A stretch of DNA of 64,000 nucleotides, from positions 17,719,807-17,783,806 of the forward strand of contig NC_134031.1 in the NCBI RefSeq assembly GCF_964204645.1, written 5' to 3'. The notes below the pieces were generated by a model, which was not told the DNA's origin, did no database searches, and saw nothing but the letters and a program-made list of their open reading frames with translations. The position numbers and the translations under genes were made by a program. The first letter of the stretch is position 1. Every line of letters begins with the position of its first letter. This DNA is from Tubulanus polymorphus (taxonomy: Eukaryota; Animalia; Nemertea). Shown here piece by piece: positions 10,702 through 21,007 of the stretch.

Positions 10702-11931
10702 CTAATTCCAGCCACCGTTTGCGGCATTACTAGCTCGGCGTATGCTCGCTGCTGCTGGTGGTGGTGGTGGTGGAGGTGGTGTGGTTGGAATGCTACTCGA
10801 TCGTTTAGGGCTCAAACTCTTCGCTGATTCTCGGTTTAAATCGAACCCGACCGATATCGGTTTGTAACTGATGCGCCTACTGCTCGAAGCTGATTGCGAT
10901 GGCTTTTCGTACACTTCGAATGATGACTCGCTGTCTATCTCATCGATGTCGTCAAACAATCCCTTGCGTTGCTCGTCTAATTCTCTTTCTTCGGTTGACG
11001 GGGTACTTTTGGTCGGACACGCTCCGAAGAGCCAAGCTGTAGACGGACATTCTGGATCACCTTTTTCCAGCGCCGAGACGACGGCGGTTTGCAAGAATCT
11101 AGCCACAAATATTCCGATTACACGAATAACGAATATGCCGACGATTATTCCGCCGGCGGTCAGCAACATTTGCTCGAAATAAGTCATAATCGCATCGCGG
11201 CATCCCCTCATGTGTAACGTTGTCTGTTTTCGATAGTCGTAATTGTGGTGATACTTGTTCTCTTGTACTCGATGGTGAATGCACGGACGTCTAGATTTCA
11301 CGCTACAGCAACTGAAAGGCACGTCATCCGGCAAAAACTTTCCATCGGCCATCTTGCTCTTCGCATAAGTTGACAGCATGTCGACGTACACCTCGCTGAC
11401 CCACGGTACGTTGAACCAATCGGTATAGAACTCACCGCCACAGCATTCGTAATCCATCTGCGTCTGGTCAATTACGATTTTGATATGTTTCGTCGTCTTG
11501 TATTTCTTCATCGCATCCAGAATTCCGTGGGTAAATGAATGATGAAGGTGCTGGATGTGCGCGAAGGCTAACATTCCTGATGCGAATATGAAAATTGCCA
11601 GCACGATGTCGACACAAATAAACGGCAACAGAAATTGTTTTATCGTGTTGCGTCTTTCGGGGTTTTGTGTCAATATTCCCAAAACGAATCCCAACGCATT
11701 GATAATCAATGAAGCCAACGCAACTGCAATGACCATCCAAGGAAGCGTGTCGCTATTGTACTTATCCACTAAATTTATCTTTTCTTCCAGTGCTAATTTT
11801 ATGTATGTTCCCATAGCCAACAGCCCTATAGAGGCAGCGCAGCCGAATCCATTGAAAACTATGAAAGCGATGCATAATTTGTTCCGACCTTGCTCCGTCA
11901 CTTGTAATTCCAAACAACGTTTTTGTTCCAT
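10702..11931 (-). CDS. PRPH2-like: Peripherin-2/ROM1 (RDS)-like tetraspanin, 409 aa, intronless
   Basis: Four hydrophobic segments. The large loop IDQTQMDYECCG..YTDWFNVPWVSEVYVD..DDVPFSCC..RPCIHH..HHNYDY..LHMRGCRDAIMTY and the post-TM4 RFLQT..AWLF match the recalled RDS/peripherin subfamily (IDMLQIEFKCCG..RDWFEIQWISNRYLD..DGVPFSCC..RPCIQY..RGCRAALLSY..RYLQT..GWLL). Confidence 0.92.
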   Translation of the reverse strand: MEQKRCLELQVTEQGRNKLCIAFIVFNGFGCAASIGLLAMGTYIKLALEEKINLVDKYNSDTLPWMVIAVALASLIINALGFVLGILTQNPERRNTIKQFLLPFICVDIVLAIFIFASGMLAFAHIQHLHHSFTHGILDAMKKYKTTKHIKIVIDQTQMDYECCGGEFYTDWFNVPWVSEVYVDMLSTYAKSKMADGKFLPDDVPFSCCSVKSRRPCIHHRVQENKYHHNYDYRKQTTLHMRGCRDAIMTYFEQMLLTAGGIIVGIFVIRVIGIFVARFLQTAVVSALEKGDPECPSTAWLFGACPTKSTPSTEERELDEQRKGLFDDIDEIDSESSFEVYEKPSQSASSSRRISYKPISVGFDLNRESAKSLSPKRSSSIPTTPPPPPPPPAAASIRRASNAANGGWN

Positions 11932-14859
11932 TATCCTATTTGTTTATTCCGGCAATTTTTATCATTTCAAATCATTTTTGTAAGTGTTTAAAACATCCAG
12001 AAATTACGATAAAAGCAACCGATTTTTAGTTGCTAATAGAAACGAGTGGTATTCTTACATAACTTTTCAGGCCTTTCACTAGTGGCAGTGGTTGTCTCCA
12101 CAGAGATCTCCGTCGCTCTACGATCCTAGTGTAACCTGTGGTATATCAGTCGCTAAGGTTCTTGTAAAATTCAGGCCTGTGGTCTTTATTTTCTTCATTT
12201 TCAATAACTTAACTCACTGCCGGCCTATTTATTTTGACGTAAGTTCTTGAATTGCTGTCATCACCGGGCCCGCACTCAGTCATACGTTTAAAGCACGTAT
12301 TTCATTTCCTAACAGGCCCCGCCTGTAGTGCCTCAGAAAACCCCCAAATACGATTTCATAACTCGTCTATTTCGTCCATTCGTCAAACAACTTACCTTAG
12401 AAATTTCGTCAATTCGTCACTCGTCAATTGAACTTCACGAACCAAACTTTTGAATTGTTTCGTTTATGAATTCATATCTGGATCAAGAGAGTCAAAACAC
12501 CACTACAAAATTGAAAAAAATTTCGAAAGCCGAATTTTTATCGAATAACCTATATGACGTTTGATGATAGGAATTCTTAATTAATCAGGCGGCAAAAAAT
12601 GTATACATAGATAACACTTTTTGAGCCCACTTGACAGATTCATTCCGCGGACGTTACGTAGCCTGATACCGTAATTCTACGTGACAACATATTTAGCTTG
12701 GAAACGTATAGATGGCGATGTGTATGCTTTAGCCGTTTCAATTCAAATTTGTTTAGATGTCGCCGCGAACGTGCGTGAATGAAAAAACAACTGTTTGGCG
12801 GAAAATTGCGTTTGATTAATCTACATTGTATATTACATTTTACATATCTATTTCAATAGGCAAATCAAATATTTGGGTACGGTGCCAACAGAATGAGGCT
12901 TATAGCGGACCCTTGTAGCTCTTGCCGAATTCATTTCTTTCGGGGTTAGAGAATTAACTATGAAGAAATGCTACAAAACAAAAATTAGATGGATTTAATC
13001 TGAGGATTAAATAATTAATTACCCTATTTACCCTTGACTGCGTTCAAGTAGGCCAGGCCTACTAAGGCTATTGATAAATTACATTACATCACGTGGCACA
13101 TCAAGCTGTTTTCGAGTTATTATTTTTTTCGTTTTAGCCAAAAGCTACTCTTTGACGACACGGCAGCTGCTAGTTTTAAGCTCGTATTGTCATTTTGGTT
13201 ATGTGGAGCAAAATGTGTGTCCTTTAGTCATTGTTCCCCTTAGTTTTTGCAGGTTTTGGGGGGCATATGTCGCCTTTATTCTGTTATGATGTAACACGGG
13301 ACATCAATAAAAACACGTTATATGGCCTAGCTTCTGCTTTTTTTCCGTCCGAACAAAGACCGATCACCGTTGACCCAGTTGGTCTCTGAAATGGCCACAA
13401 AAACCCGCTTACCATAAATTATCATACCAATGATTCAAGGACAAATTACGTCATAGAGGGCAATTTTTTACTCTTCTCAGAACGTATTTTTATCCTAGAA
13501 CACATCGAAATCGAGGCTATATTCAGTGCATTGAGTGGCACACGTGACATACAAATCAAGGCCACTTGTGTCTCGCTTATCTGAGTCTGAACTGAATTAT
13601 TTCCAAGGGCAATTTATGATGAGATACTACTTTCCTTTTCACAACATTAAAAGAACTCACAGCGGATTCCAACGAAGCGTATCTATTGCTATACGCTAAT
13701 CACAAAATTCGCGAAAAGGTTGGTATTTATATATATATATATATATACAGGCTTACGCTTATTTGCTATTCAAGGGTCAATGTCTTTTTTCGATCAATAC
13801 AATTCGATCTCGGAAAGTCGGGTCGATACCCTTGAAACGAGTATTTGATTAGCGTTCTAATGGCGTGATGCATATGGGTACATATGATATAGTCAGGTAA
13901 CCTAGTGAGATTTTAATATACGTATTTTTTATAAACTTATAAAATATCGAGTCTCGCAGATCTGTAATAGGCCCAAAAAGTATGTGAATGAAATATTTTT
14001 CGTTTAAAGACAGACGACAGAAGACTGTGAGATTCGCTGGAAATGAATGTTTTGTCTTATACAGAAATCCGCACTAATTCCTGTTTAAAAATCGAACATT
14101 ACGCCTGAAATCGTGTTAAAATGCAAATAAAACGGCATCATATATCACCAACAGCAAACTCACACTGCTTGGATGGTTCGAATGAAAACCGCTATAACCC
14201 AGTGATCGTCGCATTGGATATAATTTACCGCACAATTTTATCAAATATTTTTGATTTGAGTTTATCAAACTTGATATCGTAACTTACTAGGGAGATCTGT
14301 ACCGATATGTCTAAGTTTGTACTGGATTTTTCCTGGGTCTAACAATATTAAGTCTATATATTGTGTAATCTAAATATTTCCGAAAAGCTTTTCTCAAAGC
14401 TGTAACTGATCCTTAACGAATAACGTGGAAAATTTTTTTTTCGAAAAGTGGCGCCATCTTGATCGATATAGCAGCGTAGATGTATTTTTCCCTCTCATCG
14501 CGTCGGGCATTACCCTCAGCCATGCGGTTGCCAAAGGGAAACACGTGGCAAGAAATTGTGACGCAGAATGAATATCCATATGAAAACCTTTAGATTGCGC
14601 TTTATTGAGAATAAACACTAAAAACTTATCAGAACAATTTCAACACGACTGTTGAGATAGGAACAATTTAAAAGTGCCATTTTTGAACTTTTTTTAGTAT
14701 GCGGAAATGTTATGATATATACATATTTATATATTAGTATATCCCAACAACACCCTCGCACTGGTGTCGTCGAACTCAGAAACGCTTCTGCTGTTACAAC
14801 AGTACTAACTATAACTCCGACGACAACGTTTAGTCTTAAAATCCGTATGCAAACATACT

Positions 14860-14891
<32 letters not shown>

Positions 14892-14987
14892 AAGCAACTA
14901 TAATCAAAAACATTTGAATCTTAGCCCGAGCACCGAGCACGACCTGCATGCGCGCTGATTCATCAGAGACATATCAACGACATCAAC

Positions 14988-15107
14988 ATGATGGATTGTG
15001 ACCGTGATAATAATTTTCCATTCTCATTCACCTGGCAGTCAGAAACATTCAAATCATGTTTTTCTTACACAAACGAAGACGCGCGCAATACAACTTTTTC
15101 GTCGCAA
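14988..15107 (+). CDS. Candidate alternative first coding exon of the NR0B-like gene (40 codons)
   Basis: ATG at 14988 is open for exactly 120 nt to a consensus donor CAA|GTAAGT at 15108. Phase 0 joins the acceptor at 18039 in frame with the ATG at 18072. Confidence 0.35.
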
Positions 15108-15719
15108 GTAAGTGTATTTATTCAAACCAGGGAAATTAATCAAACGCTGTTGATATATTTCATTCATACTTATGTTACTTAAACGAAAACAAAGTTAAAC
15201 TTCTAGACTTTTTTTCTTTCCGGTTACTCATTTTCGAAATTTATATGAAACAATTCGACAATTCTCTAGAAATAAAGATTTTTTCCTGACGATTCGGTAA
15301 CTGACAATACGTCACTGGTCTGAATTTCTTTATGAAAAGATTGTTATTTTTGAATAATCGTACATAATCGTAAACAGAATTTTGTAAATCGGTTATTTGA
15401 AAAAAATGATAATTTGGGTCAAACAGGTTTTGGGGAAACCTAGAAAATTAGAAATAAACCAAAATCCTAATTTTCGTCGAGTATCAATAACTTTGATTTT
15501 AAAACTCCATCGAACGAACGAAAATCCAAGCATCTATCGACCTGTTTTCCGTTATATTAATTATTCTGAAAAGTTTCGATGATTTATGCGTCAAATTCTG
15601 ATATGTTTGAAGTTCCCTATTACGAGATAAATACTTATGCAATAATTTTCGATTAATACTACGGCGTGAATAAGCCGACCGTGCTGAGATGGTCCCCGCG
15701 ACGGAAATGGTTGTCTACG

Positions 15720-16062
15720 CGCTGATTGGTACGAGTCGCTCCGACGCCGTGGACTATTAATAGTGAGCCGCTTCAGTCTGTTCGCTCTCCCAAGGTCACT
15801 CACCCTACCAATTCAATGTCCTCGGCACGATTGTTGACGTCACGGAATACATATTCATGACGGTGCCGGATTGGCTGCCTTTTCTTATAGGAACTAGAAA
15901 CATGGGATCCATTGTTTTCAAGCCAGACCTAAACGAGTAAATAATGTGTAAAGGTCGATAACACTGACGCTGGCTACTGTCAATTAATCACATACTCCTA
16001 AACGGATTAATAGGATTCAGGATAGATTATTTTATTCAGAAGTGTATCAAATTGCTTCATCG
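15720..16062 (+). promoter_or_regulatory. Candidate promoter and non-coding first exon of the NR0B-like gene
   Basis: Several CCAAT/ATTGG boxes (about 15725, 15809, 15870), CCAAGGTCA at 15790-15798, TGACGTCA near 15835, locally higher GC, and a consensus donor CG|GTAAGT at 16063. Confidence 0.45.
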
Positions 16063-18071
16063 GTAAGTGTACTTTTTTATTTGGATGACCTCTATGTCTC
16101 AAATTCAGTCGCTGGACTTTGTTGTGTTCTACTTTTGAAATTATCAGTAAATTAAGGGCCCAAAATAAAATGGCATAATATAAACGTAAAATTCTATCTT
16201 TACCAATAGCAATGAATTATGATTTTGTTCTAATCTAATATTTGGATAAGTTAAGATATCAAATTCTATCATATATAAAGGTGCTAACAATTTTCCTCGT
16301 ACAAAATCTTTGTTTTCCCCGTGTATGCTACACTATTAACAGATAAACTAGTAAGCCTGTGAACTAATAATCTGAAGTTGATTGTTTTTTCTTATCATAT
16401 CGCATTCGAGATCTGCAGTTTATAATGCGCCTATAGAAATATTCTTTAGTCAGTTTGACATGTGTATCAATGGAGTTCAAAAATGGAACCGATCGTATTT
16501 TCATTTCTATCTTTCGATGATCATATATGATGATTCACCTTTTCTCGAACACCGTCTGTTTTGCGCTTCACTCCGGGCGTACGTATGACATCTTTATTCA
16601 ATAGGACAATGTGAAATTTGTGTAAGGTTGCCTCCCATCTTGCGAACAATGATTATCGTTTTTGTGTGGGATCTTTGTGTTCGTGCCCTTCAACAGTTAA
16701 CCTCTGTGACCCAGGCGACCTCTCCCCATTTCATTGTAATATGCCACGCGTCTTTTCTGTGTTTCTAAAAATATTTCGAATACCCCTCCCGAAAAGTGCG
16801 CCGCAGGCAGTTTCGTTTAATTGTTTTTTTTCATTCAATCTCTTTCAGTATATGTGCAGTTTTTGAGAAATGTTTTTATTACTCGTATACGAAATTCATA
16901 TGATTATATGCAGCTCAAAATATATCGGAAATATTAATGCGAAATTCTAATTGCATTATCCTATGGCCTTGGAAAGGTTAGCGACTCTTGAAGTGTTTTG
17001 CAACAGAATCGATATTGCGGTTCGCACTTTACCTAGGTCATTGTAGCCTGTGCACTTGAACAAGAATGAGAGCACCGTTAATTGATTATAACCCTGATAC
17101 AAAATTCTATATTCATATGTATATATATATATAAAGCAATCATTTCGCATGAGTGTACAATCTCAGAACTTCGTGGGCGCAACTCTCTCGGAAAAACCAC
17201 TTCCGCGATGTATCATGCGTCAGGAATGTCGTCTGGGTTCTACGAATTTCACTCGTAGATAAGTTTTTTATGATACGGAAGTTTATTATTAAATGCAATC
17301 CAACCAAAAATAGGGCTTGCCTTATGCCTCCATTTCTCATGATTTGATACTCGTATGAAAGATTACAATATGACACCCGCCCAATGACCTTGGTCGAGAA
17401 CTAGATTGGGATAGATTGAACGCTACGATTGAACGCCAAGCCACACAAATACACGTGGTACGTTTTCTAAAGTCCGGGATATTTTCCCGGAATTAAGCTG
17501 AAAATAGCACGAAAACAAACCAATACAACGCAATGTATTTTAGACGATATTTTCTATATCTGATTGTTCGCTATAATGAGGCCGTGGATGTAGTTCATAA
17601 ACTACTCCGCATAACTAAACTTAGCGAAACCGTTGAATAGAGTAATAACTCGACGTCGAATTTTTCTCGACCGTCCTTTATGCACCCCTGCGAGTTATGC
17701 TATATCGTTGTTTACTCCGTGAACGAAGAGGTCGTTTGCAGAATCAAGGTCGGCCTTTTATACACAGACTGTTTACAAACGTATCCTGTTACTGAACTAG
17801 GTTGAGAAATAGTTTGTTTTATTTGCGAGTAACCTTGCGAAAAATATAGCGCAGTATTGCATCACACGTGTTGGCTGCGCTTGAGCCGAGGCCAGGCGAT
17901 GCATTAATCATCCTGTCTGCCGATGGCATTCCAAAAAGCTAAAAGATATTTACGCGTAAAACAAATATCGCCGAAAGTGCGTTGTCCCTTCGCATCCGTG
18001 TTAACTTTAACCACCGTCTAATTCTTTGTATATTTTAGGTCAAGATAGGTTTTCCAAAGAGCAAAATCGCC

Positions 18072-20178
18072 ATGGACCCGTCATCGAACCGAGGCGGGGT
18101 GAACTGTGGAACAAACATACTCTCCGACCTGCTCAATAGAGGAAAAAACCAGTCGACAACACCTCCCCAACCGCAAAATGGATTTCAGAATAGTATCGAG
18201 TATAATTCGCAAAGATACCCGGGACCGGTCCCGACTACTGCTGTGGACGGGCGCCTTCCCTATCAAGGCTGGCCCATGATACCGTCGAACTATGGACCGT
18301 ACACGTGTCGGTCGTATTCATCCCGGGGAATCGTTTCCCAGGACATCGAAATGACAGACAATACTAGGATGCACTCGCAATTAATGAAACCAAGCGACGG
18401 CTATCAGCTGCAATCACCGGGACACCAACGACCTTTTGAACATTTGCCCTCTAAAAGGAATACGAATAACATTCAAATGGTGGATGGTAGTATCTTAGCG
18501 TCGAATGAAATGTACATGTCCAACGCTGTTTGTATGTACATGTCTTTAAGGAATAATAATCAGTCGCAGGTATCCCCTCCTATCAGTTACCATCAACGGG
18601 CGGCCTTGGAATCGGACTCGTTCGAAGTGAGAACGGCTAGTCGCGGAGAAAATCCTAGTCCCGACAAAACAGACGCCGATAGTGGAATATGCACGGATTC
18701 CGAACAGGACGAACCGATGGACCTGTCGTGTAAGCCGCGCGGCCCGTCGCCCGAATGCAGCCGAGAAGGCTATCGGGAGTCATCCTTCCCGCCCGAAGAT
18801 GAAGATAACAATTCAAACTCTTTACTACGAGGACTTTTGCTGCGCAGCCGAGATAAAAAACGCAGTGACTCGATCGGAGATTCGTTCCCGAATCCGAACG
18901 CTAAGGTTCGTCTGGCGAAGAAGAACTTGTTTCCAGTAAGCGCACGCGTCAGCGACTGGTTAGTGAAAATTGTGCAATTTGCCGATTCGATTCCCGAGTA
19001 TAAGTTACTGACGCAAAATGATCGGGTGACATTGATCCTCGGTTCTTGGTCCAGATTACTGTTGTTGTACATGGCCGAGAACAATTTCCACTTCGTCGTC
19101 AGTCCAGAATCGGTGGAGTCTCCGCGACCAGAGTCACCAGATCATCCTCGCGCCCAGTCACCATCACAAAGTACTCACATACCCAATACAGTACCGACCA
19201 TGAGATCTGTCGAAGTTCTACAAGGGCTTATTAGAAAGTACCAAAGCATGGGCTTGGACAGTCAAGAATACGAACTCATGAGAATTTCCATTTTATTCCA
19301 TAATGGTAAGTGTTTCTAACTTTTGCTCGATTGAGCTTTCTTGAAATAATATATAATGTATAAAAGTCATATCATGTCACGGAAATTTTTGCGGGTTCAC
19401 CTCCCCACTAATGACGTCATGCACAAGGTACTCATTGAAACAAATATCTTGCATATATTATATATATATATAAATATATATCAACTCGACCTGCCCTCTA
19501 CCCCACCTCATGCAGATCGTGTGTTTCTGGCGAATTCAAAAGTTCACCGAGTTCACGGCGAGCATGCGGTAAACCTCGCCAATATCAGCCGGCGTTCAAT
19601 AACATCGATTGACTGTTGCAACTCGCGGTATAGCCAGTTTATCCGTACTTTGGCGACAAAAGCTGCTGCCACAAATGACCATAGGTGACCGTATTGAATT
19701 TCGATGCGATTGTTAATAGCATGTCTAGTCGTTGGCTATTGTCGCTGGTATATTTCAGCCAGCAGGGTCATGTACCCTGCTTGACCCATGTGTTTGTAGA
19801 TAGATATAGATGTCATTGAAAACCGTTCGGTTATGAGCGGTCAGTTGATTCGAAGGCCATTGGGTCAGATGTACGCGTCACAATGGTGCGTTGACTTCGC
19901 CTTGTTTATCGCATGTCGAATTTCCTATATTTTCAGATGCCGCATTTTTAGAGAATCTGGACCTGATCGAGCGCGTAAGACGTAACGCCTTGGGATGCTT
20001 AGAACGACATGCCAATGCTGCCCGACGCGATGACGTCATGCATTATTCTAAACTCTTGATGTCACTGCCCACCCTCTACAGTATAGAACCGAAAATGGTC
20101 GAGCACTTGTTCTGTCGACACATAACCGGCAATATGGATGTAGCCGTTTTTATCAAAGAAATGTTGAAAAGTTTATAG
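18072..20178 (+). CDS. NR0B: Nuclear receptor lacking a DNA-binding domain, NR0B (DAX1/SHP)-like. Exons 18072-19305 and 19937-20178, 491 aa.
   Basis: Ligand-binding-domain signature WLVKIVQFADSIPEYKLLTQNDRVTLILGSWSRLLLLYMAE, then PTMRSVEVLQ, EYELMRISILFHN|D and VEHLFCRHITGNMDVAVFIKEML (compare recalled DAX1 [23 protein letters not shown]). No C4 zinc fingers seen upstream. Phase-1 intron gtaagt...ttttcag restores the frame. Confidence 0.88.
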
Positions 20179-20960
20179 TTTACACATAGCGACAGTTCTG
20201 AGGTTATAGCTGGTCCATTCAAAATGGGTCCAGAATGGGCCAAATGAATGAACATTTCCAAGCGCTACGGAAACAGCGTTCATAGCGAGGCACGTTGCTC
20301 GTGCGCGCACGTTTATATGACAATATTATGACAATGAAATTGTTAAAAAATGTATCACGCCTGCAGCCTTATACATTCCACAATCCTAGAATAATGTGGC
20401 GTGAACGGTGGTGATTTTTGTCGTAGAGAAAATGACGATACATTGTCAAACAAGGAAAAAACTGCACAGGTGCACGCATTTCTGCTTACATGAAGCGAAG
20501 GGCATTATAAAAATCATTTCCAAAATTAGATGCTTATGTTATCGATCGGTCAGTTATACGCATATTTGCATAGTTGAAACGACCGATGTAAAAAAAGGTT
20601 TGATTGCTTCGCAATTTTCTTAGACGTAATGTAAATAATATGTTTTATAGATTAGCCAGCATTTCATTTAACCGCAAAGAAATCTGGCAGTGAACAAGAT
20701 TTGACTTTGACTTCACAATTTTTCAACTGTTTAAACGTACAACGTATAATCGACGCCTCGTCAAAGCGATATCGTAATATTGAATATTGTAAAGATGCTT
20801 TTCGGAATGATCCCTAATGGCTCTACACACGGTGACAGGCGTCTGTGGCGAAAAGAATATTTTTTATAGATTGATATAAAATGCGTCTCTCCGGTGATAT
20901 TTAAGGCCCTGTAAACGGTAACATTGCTCATGTGCAATGTTTATTTTGAATACATTTGTA

Positions 20961-21007
20961 AAGAGAGAGAGAGAGAGGGGGGAGGAGAGAGAGGGGGGAG
21001 AGAGAGA
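20961..21007. repeat. (GA)n/G-rich simple repeat
   Basis: Directly visible purine tract in the presumed 3' UTR of the nuclear receptor. Confidence 0.85.

Noticed and set aside
12000-18038. Search for a C4 zinc-finger DNA-binding exon for the nuclear receptor
   Set aside because: No CxxC-x13-CxxC or P-box coding segment was seen upstream by eye, consistent with the NR0B call.
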